A stretch of DNA of 64,000 nucleotides from Phallusia mammillata (GCA_965637545.1 OZ281500.1:3782001-3846000); one strand, 5' to 3'. Positions 25,767 through 39,112 are shown, numbered from the stretch's first letter. Notes: generated from the sequence alone by a model not told the origin. A program made the numbers and translations.

Positions 25767-28700
25767 TTAGAAGTGTGATGTATGTACTTCTTGTGTAGGC
25801 AACACCTTGTTAGGGACAACCACACTGTTCTCGTACACTTCCCCTTCAGATTGATTTTCACTGTGTGATCCACAACATCTTCTGCACTGATCACACCGGG
25901 CACAGCAGATGGTGAAGACCTTGTCATAAGGATCCAATGATCGCATGAATATTGGCAGGAACTTCCAATTTTGGAGAATCACTGGAAGGCTTTGGGGTCT
26001 GTATGCTTGAAGGACTTTTACCACAACCACAAACAACACAATTATACCAACCAAGATCAAAACAGCTGCCATGGCCCATATATGTGCAATGGAAAGGCCA
26101 AGAATAACAGCAGGTATGATAAAAAACACCATAAACAGATAAACTAGAGCAAACCATCTGTGTTTAGCTGTTGTATTGCCCAGCATCTTTGCTCCTTTGA
26201 TAGGAATATTTCTCATGAAGGGTATAACATACCAAATTGCAATGCCAAAGATGTTGAAGAAAAAATGAGAAAAGGCTATTTGGAGGGTTCTTGACAAGGC
26301 TTCACCATCTGTGGCTAAGGCAGCAAAGAGTGAAGTTGTGGTTGTGCCAATGTTGGCCCCCAGTGTAAGGGGGTACATGCGTTTCAAGCTGATAACACCA
26401 ATGCCCACAAGTGGAGTCATGGTTGATGTGAAAACTGAGCTGCTTTGAACAACAAATGTGAGGCCTGCTCCAACCAAAATGGCAAGGTATCCTGAAAATT
26501 AACAGCAAATTTATTACCGAAGGCACTAAGTTTCTTCTTTAAGCATAGCTGCAATTGTTTGCTGTTTTCCTATGATGGATTTTAAGTTGCACAATTCAGC
26601 TTAAAAAAAGCAAAGGGGTTAATTTTGATAGAACTGGCATGCTGCTTTTCCTATTGGCTTCAGAACTGTTGCACATTGTTTGAATATGTAACCTTCACAA
26701 TCATACATAAGGGAAGGCATTTTTGTGTATGGGTACTTTTTTCTCTCACCTGCAACCCATTTGAAAGGTTTTCGAAAATCGGTGTTGATTGTTTTTTTTA
26801 TTGTCCGTGCAATGCTGCCCTTCATCATCGAATGTAGAATCTTGACCATACTGATGAGGCAGGCGCAAAGAGCAAAAAGAGAAACAATGAGCAATATTGC
26901 TCCCACTCCTCCGTCATCGATTGTGGTCCCAGCGAAAATAAAATGGCTGGGATTACCTGATTAATAAACACAAGGCAAGTTAGAATAAAACAACGTCAAT
27001 AGAATAAAACATAACAACTTGAAATTCGACTTACAGGGGACTTTGACTGTTTTCTCCGCCGTTGAGTTATATTCCTTGCAAATTTTCTATAGATCAAATT
27101 ACCTTGGTTATACAAAGTTATGGAAACTTAAACAGTTCGACTTAAGGATGATTTGCATTGGAAACCTAAACAGTTTGAGCTATAAGTGATTTGCCTTACC
27201 GATACCATGCTAGCATCGTCTTCTAACGGCACGTTCTGCGCAACGAGTGCAATAATAGTCTTGTTCACTTGGATGATTTTCTTTGTAAGGGGATCTGTAA
27301 TCACCTACGCAATAAATGAAAATTACGATCTTTGATGCTGCTTTTTCATTGGCGCTGTCTCAAGCCTAATTTTATTTGCATTGTCACTTTAACCATTTTT
27401 CATTGTTAAACGATTTCATAAAATTACAACGACACCAGAAAAACTTTGATTAATTATCGAATCAAGTGTTCGTATTTGAATGATGCTTGAAGTGTACTGG
27501 GTGTATTCTGTCGTAGGATCGCAACCGACTGCACAAATCTGCCGGGATACAACCAGTCGTTGAATTTTGGTCAAATACACTACAGCCAGAATATATAAAT
27601 ATCGTGATGCATTTTATTGTAATACTTTCAACGACGATGCAATACTTTCAATTAAAGCTTTTGCAGTATGCACTTACTCTGCGCAAGCTTTCTAGCTGTT
27701 ATGTTTCAATCAATGTACCCTTTCCCCAAATAGTATTGTACAAAAAGCTAACATTTTACTGTAACCTATATTCCGGTATTAATTAAACCCAGTAATAATT
27801 AAGGTTATTCAAGCAAGTGATAAAGATGTTATACATGTACCACAAGTCAATTAAGCAAATGTCAAAAACGTTAATATTAGGTGAAAAAAATATACGCGGA
27901 TATATATGGTTAATGGTTATGCTCAATTAAGGAGAATAAATTAAGCATGTCTTTACTATAGTGGTGGTTATGGCAAAGGATTAGGTCATTAGGTAGTTTA
28001 TTTTTTTGAACGAAAAACAAGATGTAGCTTAGATTTATTGACTAAGAGCACAACCACATTAAACTTTTTGTTGAAAAACTTAAATATCCTTATTTAATAA
28101 CGACTCTCGGCCTTTCGTCTCAGGTATTCAAAATTATTTGAATTATTTGATTTGAGAGAGAAAAATATATTTGATTATTTGAAAATTTAAAAACCTTTGT
28201 TTGATAACAGCCCTAGATCCGTGTATACTGTTATAAATTGTCCAACCTTTAAAATTTTTGGTGGTTTTACATTGGTAGCCTCGAGTGGTTCTATTAGCCG
28301 ATGTGTCATTTTTTCCAACATCCCTGAAGCGACCTCTAGTGGAAGCAGAACGAGAACAGACAGAAGATTGAAGAGGTCATGCACGGTGGCTCCAGCAAAT
28401 GCACTATTTTAAACATATTTCATTACAACATTGAGAAAGTCCCCAAAATGCTGATTAATTCCAAGCCTTAACTTTTCTATAAGTAGCATCCCTAAACCCT
28501 TTGGCTTCTACGCAATGCAAAAAAGACAGACTTGTAAAATTGTAGAACCATCAATGAACGAATGTTCAAAGTTTTGTCACAAGAAACAAAAAAGCCGTCT
28601 TACGTCTTAAACTAACTCGGTAAACGTTTAACGCTATACCCCTGAGAATAACCGGAACGACTTCAATTACCCTTTTTTCAAAGAATAAAAATTACCACGC

Positions 28701-31700
28701 CACGGAACAAAAACGTAATAATGCAATTACCCCCTGAAAAATGGCAAATTAATCTTTTGGGGGTAATTTCCCACATTTAAGAACCACTGGTTTGAAACAA
28801 ATGTTGTGTTGTTAAGAGAAGCATAAATTAATTAGCCTATACTCGAGTTGTTTTCTTTCACTGACCGGCGAAACTGAACCACGTCCATGGACTGTGAAAG
28901 CGAGACAATGGTATTAGTCACCGAAGTTCCGATGTTGGCACCCATTATCATCGGAATCGCTTGGTGTACGTTCAGAACTAAAACAAAATAATACAAACGT
29001 TATGATTACTGCAAACAAATATTTGTATGTAGTTTCTATCTGACTAATTATAGCGCTTGTTTTCAGTTCTTTACATGCACGTAAACAACAAAGTCGCACC
29101 AGGTCATGTTTTGAGGCTTTTATCTGCTTTTTGGGTAATTATAACATTATCTCTAATTCAAACACCTATGTGGCCATGCCAACGTTTAGGCTTGGCGCAT
29201 ATCCTTGTCAAATGTGGTTTGGAAAACCTGTACCTACTTTAATCATACATGCACGTCTTTCAACTTATGCGTATTGTCCAATTATAGTTCTGTGGAAAGA
29301 CTATAGACATTAGTTGACATTAATTATACCCGTACAAATTTACCTCAGCAAACCACAAAAGGTGTGGTTTTGATTTTATCATTCGGTCCTTTTCCATCTT
29401 GAGGTTTTTTCAGACGTGGTATTTACATAGCCTGGCTATTATATATAATAACGCTTGAATATATATATAACGCTTGAAGCCAAATTTAGAGCCGTTTTAA
29501 CACTTTCAGTGCGGCTAGCAATCAACCAAACATGCGTTCAACAGCATCAATAACGAATTACAATGAAAGTAATGTTACAACTTATGCACAATAAAATCTT
29601 ATGTACAATAATTTACTGCTAAAACTTATGCACAACGATTACACAGTATAACTACCTCAGGCATTCTACCTCAGGCATTTGTAAGAAAAGTCGGCGTTGT
29701 TACATTGTTATAAAACAAGACTCCATTCACATAATCAAGTTTAATGCCAGCCAAGCGTCGCCCTAGACACGCGCCGATCACGCATTTATGGCGTGGGCTG
29801 TTTGGTGTCGACGTATATTAACGGTCAGCAGCCGCATTTTTGAGCAAAAATTTTTGACGTTAATTAACGTCAAGTCGCACTCTGCGCAAACCGTCTTTTG
29901 ACGTAGATTTACGTCAACCGCACTGAAAGTGTTAAGCAAACGCCAAATAAAACCTTTTGGTAGGCCCTAATCTATTCCTAAACCACTACCCTAAATCGGG
30001 AAGAAAGTAGTGATACACTAAAGGCCCTTCGGTCGAGCCTAAAATCCCCCTTCTGGTGGGTGTATTTATAGGTAAACCTGGTGTGGTTGATGCAGAAAAC
30101 CACTTCTGACACTTGAGTTGAGTTGAGTTTACTTTGAAGGAACTTAGCCTAAGCTGAACAAAACATCTAAATTTTGCAGACAACATGACTCGCGTTTTTC
30201 TACCTAAGCCTGCAACAATTAGTTGATCGTTGATGTTTTAAATTGGCGATAATAAAGTAATTAGTTTTATAACCCACATTTACGAAAGTTTAGCCTGAAA
30301 CCGAAACGCCGCCGAAATTTCTCGGTCAACCAAAACTTGGATCACTCGTAGATATAAATGCTTTATGTGAGTTAGGCTAATAGGTAAAACAGTAAACGTT
30401 AAACTTACTGTCGGCTCCCACCATAGTGGTTATAATTGATGTGGATGTTGAAGAACTTTGGACCAGAACCGTTACCAGAATTCCGATGATAAGTCCAGCG
30501 ACAGGATTCTTAAGTATTGCATTGTTGCTAAAGATGGTACCAGCAGTTTTTCCGGCTGTTGTAAAAACAAAATGAAAGAAGTCTTTTTTTGTGTATTTTT
30601 TGCGATCTTCGTGAGGTATCGTAGAAATTGAGTTACAAAATGTTCATCAAACTATTTACTCGATTGTAAGCCGCCCTCGTTTATAAGCCGCCCTCGATTG
30701 TAAGCCGCATGTTGAGGTGTTAAAAAAATAATGTAAGCTGCCCTCGATTGAAAGTCGCACGCTGGAATTTGAGTTACTATTGTTTTATAATACATCTTTT
30801 TATTGTTACATAGTATGACTGTTTGCCCATATCTGTTAGTTACGTTGATAACTGTACCCAACAGAACGTATATCGACGCATAATCTGTACATGCATACAT
30901 GTTTTGAACCCCAAATAATTTAAAACGTTGAAGTGTAGAAATAATATCGGTATAAGATTAAAATGTAAGCCGCCCTCGATTGTAAGCCGCCCTCGATTAT
31001 AAGCCGCACAAACTGCAGGTAAAAAACAATATAAGCCGCGGCTTACAATCGAGTAAATACGGTAAATAAAACGATAAGGTTGAAAACTTGTAAAGCATAA
31101 GTTCAAAAATCGGATGAGACCAGAACCTTTTTTAACACATCTAAAAATATAAGCACTAGACCTAAATAATATCTTTAGGTACTTTATGTGAAAATATTTG
31201 ACCCTGATTTTACGGTAAATGATTGAAAAATACCATTTCGTTTTTATAACAGCTCGGTTTGTGACAATGTCGATTTGGCTGTGAAAAAATATACCTAGGA
31301 CTTGGAAAGAAGATCCCATGAGACTAAGAGAGCAAATGAAGAGGTACAAACATCCAAGCACGCCAATGATTTTGCTGATAATAACCAAAACAAATTCCAC
31401 TCTTCGTTTTTTCGTCATTTCCGACCATTTTTCGAATTCTGTCAAAACAGCAACAGTTTGTAATTGAGTTTATGATAATATTACAACAACGAAAAGGTGA
31501 CTGGCAAAGCGTTGAAAAATGTAAAATAATTGTTTTACAAAACATCTACCAAAGTGCTTGTGTAAGAGTAAAAACCGGAGATGTTCGGCCGAAAACCGTA
31601 TTTTTACAAACACAAATTTAACGCCTTAAACGTATCTTTATAAGGTACCACGCAATTTAATTTCAAACAACACCAATACTAAAATCGCGTCAATTATGAT

Positions 31701-32925
31701 TATTTTAAAAACAATATAGTTTTTCCATTGTAGACACAATTTCTTTAATGGAAGACATAAAAGATTCGGTTGATTCGAAATTTAGCCGATTCGGTACAAC
31801 TCTATAGTAAAAAACTGTGTTTAGACAAAAAAATAAAATTAAGTTTTGTTTCTTTGATGGGCGTATAATACATTTTTGCACACGCTGAAGATTATGCTTT
31901 TCAAGCCCACGCAAAATCAAAAATAATATGACTAAAACACCGCAATGACAAACGAAGCTACTTCTGTACACTATAAAACAACCAGTTAAACTGCATTTGC
32001 TGCCAATTAGGCCACATTTTTTTAAAAATATGTTTTTATATTACCCATGCCACCGTGGGAGCAAAGATGTAATTTTAACGTCGGTAGGCACGAAGCAAAT
32101 TAACACTTATTTAGTCAACACGCTTTTACTGAAGTAAGTGTAATGTCATAACAGACTACAGGAATCAGCCTCTGTAACAGGGTGGTGACCGACAGATCTG
32201 TCTTTACTTGTCAGATATAAAAAATATACTCAAAGAGAGCGGCAGACGATCAGCGTAGATTCTATTTGAATAAGAAACTGATGATGCCTTAATAAGCGAA
32301 ATTAATATTTCTGTTTCAAATAAAACTTTACACTGACGCTGATCGTCTGCCGCTCTCTTTGAGTATATTTTTTATATCGCTTTTACTGAATTCTTTCCTA
32401 GGTTGTAGTTCAAAATATTCCACAAGGCCAAAGTATATCCGGCGTTCCATTCAATATCCACGTTTCTGCTAAACTAAAAAAAAGACGAAACGGGGGTACG
32501 TCGGGTATTACTACGTGCGTTCGGCAAATAAAGGCCACCTGTACTTTCGTCTTCACTTTCAGAGTCTAGTTCCTGCTATTCTATCAATGACATGATTTTT
32601 GATAGACAGATATTTTAAACTTTAGTTTATTTATGCAAATAGAATGCTTAAAAAGCGCCCAATTACTGCATAATTCCGAGCACAATGCTATAAAAGCCAG
32701 AAACACAAAGTCATATCTACATTGAGATTAGCTGCAACAGGAAATGTTGCCAAGTTTAAACATGATTTGGCAATCCAGTTGAATCAAACCGTTTTACAAT
32801 TTGACTTTCGAAACGAGCTGATTTTGAAAACAACTATTATTAGTACCTTCGTCGTCTTCTGGAATAGCCCAGGGATCAAATTCTTTGTTTTCCCGAACGT
32901 TTTCTTGTGTCGTATCCGTAACTGC
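25767..32925 (-). CDS. SLC34A: Sodium-dependent phosphate cotransporter, type II (paralog 1); first exon not resolved
   Basis: Exons at about 32925-32854 (FDPWAIPE), 31438-31297, 30560-30407 (VQSSSTSTS), 28971-28865 ([12 protein letters not shown]), 28404-28246 ([12 protein letters not shown]), 27305-27200, 27090-27036, 26958-26750 and 26491-25767 ([22 protein letters not shown]-terminus TSHF). Confidence 0.95.
29501..29931. mobile_element. piggyBac-like MITE in an SLC34 paralog 1 intron
   Basis: 14-bp TIR CACTTTCAGTGCGG at both ends, each flanked by TTAA. Confidence 0.85.
30653..31062. mobile_element. Tc1/mariner (pogo/Tc2-like) MITE with TAAGCCGCCCTCGATT subterminal repeats
   Basis: Right end GGCTTACAATCGAGTAAATACGG|TA, degenerate left end TATTTACTCGATTGTAAGCC; same family as 51604-51732. 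Confidence 0.8.
32134..32377 (+). mobile_element. 244-bp retro-like insertion with an internal 43-bp perfect inverted repeat and a hammerhead motif (Penelope-like pLTR / retrozyme-like fragment)
   Basis: Direct repeat CGCTTTTACTGAA at 32121-32133 and 32378-32390; arms 32214-32256 and 32336-32378 are exact reverse complements; homologous to the reverse complement of 32955-33028 and 33340-33385. Confidence 0.7.
32273..32312 (+). ncRNA. Minimal type I hammerhead ribozyme motif (family 1, intact core)
   Basis: AGAAA-CTGATGA-T-GC(CTTAATAA)GC-GAAA-TTAAT-A-TTTCT: 5-bp stem I AGAAA/TTTCT, core CUGANGA and GAAA, palindromic stem III AUUAAU, NUH triplet AUA. Confidence 0.75.
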
Positions 32926-33036
32926 ATAAAATAAATTACATTTTTGGGGGATACAAAACAGCGTCAGTGTAATCTTTTTTTATGAAACAGAAATATTAAT
33001 TTCGCCTATTTAGGCATCGTCGGTGTCCGTCTAAAA

Positions 33037-33284
33037 CAGTGGTTCCCAAACTGTGGGCCATGGCCCAGTACTAGGCCACCAAGACAATTTCAATGGGCCA
33101 CGGAGCCATTTGAAGAGATTCTACTGTTTTTTTTATACTGTAGAAAATAAATTGCTAGAAACCATTTCGCCTGTTTTGGAGTTAATTTTTTTTTGTGCCC
33201 AAATTTACAGCACGTGCTGGTGAGCCACGAATCACTATTATATAGACATTTGGGCCACAGACCAAAAAAGTTTGGGAACCCCTG
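33037..33284. mobile_element. hAT (Buster/Charlie-type) MITE
   Basis: TIRs CAGTGGTTCCCAAACT / AGTTTGGGAACCCCTG; exact TSD GTCTAAAA at 33029-33036 and 33285-33292. Confidence 0.92.
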
Positions 33285-35744
33285 GTCTAAAACGAAAAGA
33301 ACGATAAAAACACATAAAAGGCTGATTTACATATAGGCGTTACACAGGCTAATCCTTGTAGTCTATTATAACATTACACTTACTTTTGTGGGGGGAGGAG
33401 CTTAATATTAAAAAATCCAAAACGGACCAAATTTGATGAATTACCTTAATAAACCAAGGACACCGGGCTTTGTTGCTAATAATAAAAGTAACCAATTTAT
33501 TGACAGATTCTGTTACTTGGAAAGGAAGTTTTTTTTAATCCCAGTTTTTTTTAAATAAAAGTAGCCAAACATGTGTTAGAAGTTATTTGCGGTATTCAAC
33601 ATAAAAATATATACAACTGGAAAGCAAACTAAGCATGCATAATAGAAAAAATAATCAAGAAGTTTTACCTGCAACTCGTGTTTCACTCATATTACACGAT
33701 ATTAAAGATACAACCTTATATAAAAAAAACTATCACCAGCCTGCGAATGCAAAAATAAGAAAATTTGTTATAATGGCACGTTTTTTTTCTTTCTCCCCAG
33801 TCTGATGTAAAACGAATGCTTTTCTTCTTGTTTAAGAAAGCATATCTTTCTATTATAATCATACAGAATGTATTTAGTAAATCCAGTGTTTTATACGAAA
33901 CGTCTCGAAATTCGTATTTGTTCACATTCTACGTGCCACTTTTTACTTTTTCTACTCAATATAATACTATAACACTTACAAAATGCGTACTATTAACTTT
34001 TCTCTGTGGTAAATTCATTTAGCTTAGCTACAACCAATTTGAAAACTATTTGATATTTATCCCACTAGGCAAGCACGATTTCCAGTTTCAAATATTTCAG
34101 TTGTTTACAAAATGTGGTTCTGTCAGACAGTTGACAATATACAGAGCTAAAACATATGTAACCTCCCTCCTTGTCCACAAAAACATTCGCTTACCACCGG
34201 AATTTTATTTACCTCGTAATAAAACACAGAACAACCCACCACCTGCCAAGTAGAAACTTAAAATCGAAAACTTTCTTTACCCTTTCTTAGTAAATGATTC
34301 ACGCCATACGCTGGAGGAAAGTTAAGATTATATATTTCTGGAAAGAACCAAGATGATAGTGATTTTTTTCTAAATGAGTAATACAATACACATATTAACT
34401 TTTCGTCAGCACACAAGATGAGTGAAACCTGCATTTCAGGTGATGTGTATCCGCAGGCGCAGCTACAGTTCGTAAGCTTATGTCGCTGTTACATGTTAGA
34501 AAAACTATTTAAGTCTGTCGGCATACCTTAACCCAAAGATCTGCTACATTAAATTGCGTTTTTGTTTTGTTTTGAGCGTTTGCTTTGGTAAATTGGAACT
34601 TAAGATTTTGTGAAAAAAAAGATTTTGTGATTGGTGTAGAAAATTAGGTTTTTAAATTTAATAATTTTTTAAGCATACATGAGATTACTAAACTTAAAAA
34701 GAAACAAAAATTTCATGCCACAGATTTAAATCTTTGTTGTTTTAAGTTATTTTTTTAAAACCTGACATGGGTTTGCTATTACATAAACGAACGAGAAGCT
34801 ATTTTAAACCTAGCACGTTCTGCAATTCATAACGGAAATGGTCTTATGCATTAGAAAATTGGGGAAAAAACGTTCGCAAATTAACTGTGAACCAGTGAAA
34901 AACATTCACAACTGGCGTAGTTAGGGCAGGGCGTGATCGACGTCTGGCAATATGACCGTCTTGAAAGAGTGTTTTACATTGGTTTGCTGCGATATTTTGT
35001 TTTTATTGGCTTTCCGTTGGCAAAACGGTCTCATACAATGTTGAACATATAGTACTTATCAAAAAATTTGGGTATTTAAACATCAAATGAAAATTAGAAT
35101 GTCTCAACAATACTGCCTGTTGACAAAATTAAACAACAGTTTCAAATTGAATACGATTAGATTAGATCAGTAAAGGCCACTAAAGGCTATTTACCTACAT
35201 TTCATCAATTCCACTAGCAAATAAATAAGAATATTTTTAAACTTTTTTTATCCTATCTTTTGGCTGCAATTGTCACTGCAAAATTAAACAATAGTCAAAG
35301 CCTAAAAACGGCTAGATTAGTTTGTTAATATGCAATAAAACGTACTAATATATTTTGATCTAAGTGAAGCCACTGATGTCTATTTAACGTCAATACAATA
35401 CCCCTTGCAAATCAAGCTAAAAGGTTTTAAAACTTGTTTAAACTTGTCCTTGAACTTATGCGCAAGTACAGCTTGAGATATACTTTATCGCTTCAGGAAT
35501 TTATTGTCTGGACCACAAATTTCAATAATAACAGAGAACGCAGCAGGTTGTTTTCAAGATTTTCTGCACGGTCGGATTCAAAATATACCACAAGCCATTA
35601 ATAAATGCGAAAGGTTTTTGTTGAGCTTTTACTTTGCAGTTTCGGTAAAGAATATTTAAAACTTGTTTGAGCAAAACGGTAGTGTAAAAAATCCTTAAGA
35701 CTTTTAAATAAATGGTGCCGTGAGAATGGAACAATGCCCTGAGA

Positions 35745-36444
35745 CAGTGTTTTTCAACCTTTTTTGAGCCACGGAACACTTTATACATTAAAATATGTTT
35801 GCGGAACACCAAACGAAATTTTGATGCAATGAAACAACAAAAGGCTTAGGGTGACACTAAATCACACATCACGTAATCACTAAAACGGATGAAAACGCTC
35901 ATATAGCGCTATTAAAGTCGGAGGAAGTTTTACGAAAACGTATCATTGAAACTAGTATTGTACCTAAATACAATATTCGCCTAGCACTGACTGTTCCGTG
36001 ATTCATCGTTTTCCGCGCAAGCAATTATGCTGAACGTCAGAAAATTGGTTGAATCTCGTGTCGACTGAAACAGCGTTTAAATGTTATATTATTTTTAAAG
36101 ATCACCCAAAGCTAAATTGCACCAACGGTCAGCAATTTACCCGCGATTCAGCTATTTCATTATTAGACAACGAGTCTTAATATTACACAACAATATATGA
36201 AGCCAATCACTACAGAACATTCCAATCGGGTATGGCGGATAATTATTTTCATAAAAGAAAACCTATTTCCGCCTATTGTATTAAACCAGTGATTTTCGAC
36301 CGGTGTTTGACATAAAACACTATTCAAACCATAGAAGTCTAAAACATTAGAATCCTATATTCAAACCAGCAAATTTCTCGCGGAACACCTGACGATCTTT
36401 CACGGAACACTAGTGTTCCGCGGAACACCGGTTGAAAATCACTG
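35745..36444. mobile_element. Non-autonomous hAT element (700 bp) inserted in unit A
   Basis: TIRs CAGTGTTTTTCAACC / GGTTGAAAATCACTG; TSD CCCTGAGA on both sides; the empty site CCCTGAGAGACG is seen in unit C at about 44700. Confidence 0.92.
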
Positions 36445-36744
36445 CCCTGAGAGACGTTTCGAGTTATTCTCCGCAAACATTTCTGTAGAACACAACACAA
36501 ACACTAAAAGGCCACTTGGCTTTTCTTACTGCAACAGTCACACAAACGCCAATCAACAACAGATTAACGTGCAGATGCTAAAACAACCAAGGAAATTTCG
36601 AAAAAATCGTCCTCGCGTGATTTTAGCGTGTCTTAGGCATGTCATTATTTTCCTAAAAATAATCTAGAAGTAGAGTTTTTTAAATGCCTTGGACAGCTAA
36701 GGCCTCTGTCACCAGCTTTCCTAATTTACTTTGTTCTAATAGGC

Positions 36745-37089
36745 CAGGGGGCGCCAACCTTTACCACTCTAAAAGTCATTCGGATTAATTTCACATCGGG
36801 GACACAAAGCCGTTTCGATGCAAAAACGTTTTTGTCTTACTACTTTCGACTTTTTGTTGTTACTTAGTTCCTTGCATATTAGGCACACTTGGCAAATCAG
36901 TCTTGTCAGGGGTAAGAGCAAATGAACCCGCCTATGTTATTGCAATGGGATTTTCCTTTTCGACTTTTGTACCAGGCACAATCGTAACAGAATGTGCTAT
37001 CAAAACAGTTGGTAATTTCAAAAACTGAGCCGCATCAGAGGGATTAAAGAACCGCATGCGGCTCCGGGGCCCCGGAATGGCGACCCCTG
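36745..37089. mobile_element. hAT-like MITE inserted in unit A
   Basis: TIRs CAGGGGGCGCCA / TGGCGACCCCTG; absent at the equivalent position in unit B (about 40780); TSD not preserved. Confidence 0.7.
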
Positions 37090-37500
37090 GTTGAAATTGA
37101 CTTTAATCTGCATTGTTTTCCATAATTCGCTACATTTGAAACATATTGCAAAATGGGGTCCTGCTTGTTAAACGCTTTACTAAATTGCTGAAAAACAACC
37201 GCAAAAAGTTAAGTGTGACATAGATGACCAGAAGTAGACAATGACGTTTTTCTTGATTGAATTTGTAACATCATGCTCACGTTCTACGTGCCACTTTTTA
37301 CTGTTTCTACTCAATATAATACTATAACACTTAAAAAATGCGTACTATTAACTTTTCTCTGTGGTGAATTCATTTAGCCTAGCTACAACCAATTTGAAAA
37401 CTATCTGATATTTATCCCACTAGGCAAGCACGATTTCCAGTTTTAAATATTTCAGTTGTTTACAAAATGCGGTTCTGTCAGACAGTTGACAATATACAGA

Positions 37501-37652
37501 CAGGTTTTTTTTAAGGTTTGGTTTGGGTGACCGCTAAGTAGTTTTAAGAGACCGCAAGTGTTTCATTTAAATACCAAAAACTGTAGTTGTAGTTGCAAGT
37601 CCAAATTTTGGGAGACCGTTTCGGTCCCCCAAAACACCTTAAAAAAACACTG
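37501..37652. mobile_element. 152-bp MITE with a 6-bp TSD, inserted in unit B
   Basis: TIRs CAGGTTTTTTTTAAGGT / ACCTTAAAAAAACACTG; TACAGA duplicated on both sides; the empty site AATATACAGAGCTAAAAC is in unit A at about 34136. Confidence 0.85.
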
Positions 37653-38444
37653 TACAGAGCTAAAACATATGTAACCTCCCTCCTTGGTCCACAAAAACAT
37701 TCGCTTACCACCGGAATTTTATTTACCTCGTAATAAAACACAGAACAACTCACCACCTGCCAAGTAGAAACTTAAAATCGAAAACTTTCTTTACCCTTTC
37801 TTAGTAAATGATTCACGCCATGCGCTGGAGGAAAGTTAAGATTATATATTTCTGGAAAGAACCAAGATGAAAGTGATTTTTTTCTAAATGAGTAATACAA
37901 TACACATATTAACTTTTCGTCAGCACACAAGATGATTGAAACCCGCATTTCAGGTAATGTTTAGCCGCAGGCGCAGCTACAGTGCGTAAACTTATGTCGC
38001 TGTCATATCTTTGTAAAGCTATTTTAATCAACCGGCAAATCTTGACGCAAATCCACATAAAATTGCGCTTTTAATTTGTTTCGGGGTTTTGCTTTTGTAA
38101 ATTTGCACTTTAAAAATTATGTTTTGCAAATGCTTAAATGTCAAGTTAACAATCAACTTGGAAAAGTTTTTAAATTGATTATTTTTTTATATCCATACAT
38201 AAGTTTCAATCTTTGATTTTTCACGTTGGAATGGGTTTGCTATTGAATAAACCAACGAGGCACTACCTTGAAGATAACACTATTTGTCAAATAAGTTATA
38301 ACTTAAATGGTAAAACAGTGAACTAATCCTAAAAGGTAACAATGTTCAGCAAATGTTTTTTTTAATATCGATACAAGCTTTATCTCCATGAACTTTTATC
38401 ATACATTTTTGAGACATTTTTTTTTCTTATGGAAGTTTCCAAAC

Positions 38445-38838
38445 CAGCGGTTCCCAAACTGGGGTTCGCGGACCTTTAGGGGTCCGTGAAGCAATTTTGC
38501 GGGGTCCGCGAAAAGGTTGAAGTACTTTTATAATCTTATTTGGCGTCAGTTTGTGACACTGAATCTGTTAATTTTATTTCTAAACAATAGCCTTTATTGC
38601 ATGACAACTAACAAAACTGCAATTGTTCGCGCACTATCGTGATGTTTTCTGTCTTGTCTGTGATGTCACAAGCCGTCTTTGAATCATTGTTATGGGTAAT
38701 TTTGCATAATAAGCTAAAATTCTGCAAATCTACTTTCGTTTTTCTAAAATACACATTCAAGCTTAAGGTCTGCGAGTCCTCGATATAATGGCAAAGGGAC
38801 CGTTTCGAAAAAATAATGAAAAAGTTTGAAAACCACTG
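38445..38838. mobile_element. hAT MITE in unit B
   Basis: TIRs CAGCGGTTCCCAAACT / AGTTTGAAAACCACTG; TSD TTCCAAAC vs TTCCAGAC (7/8). Confidence 0.85.
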
Positions 38839-39112
38839 TTCCAGACAAACGTAGCGAAAACAAACCGTTGTCATATGCAGACTGACATGTTTTGAAATTC
38901 TTTACTCGCAAAAATTATCGACAGTTTAAAACACGAAACTCCTGATTGCACTGGAAAAGTTTTCATGACTTCTGCACATTTCCTGCCTAAAATAAACCAG
39001 GTTTTAGGTAACCAAACATTGGCGGAAACACGTTCGCATGTGAACCGCGAATCAGTGGAAAACATTCGATACTGGCGTGGCTAGGTCGTGATCGACATCT
39101 GGCAACATGACC

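Noticed and set aside
28101-28123. Minus-strand CTGAGACGAAAGGCCGAGAGTCG, resembling a classic GGCCGAAAGGCC hammerhead
   Set aside because: The core is incomplete at both conserved strands and stems I and III are not supported; at best a relic.
30653-31062. CRISPR-like short repeats (TAAGCCGCCCTCGATT; also the GGTACTC arrays at 53836-54290)
   Set aside because: These are subterminal repeats inside TIR-bounded MITEs in a eukaryotic intron, with no unique spacers and no cas genes.
33378-33691. Reconstructed N-terminal micro-exons for SLC34 paralog 1 (MSENTSC..., LLPHK)
   Set aside because: The phases can be made to fit only by chaining three tiny exons, and one donor lies within a repeat homologous to the 32134 insertion. 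Unsupported without cDNA.
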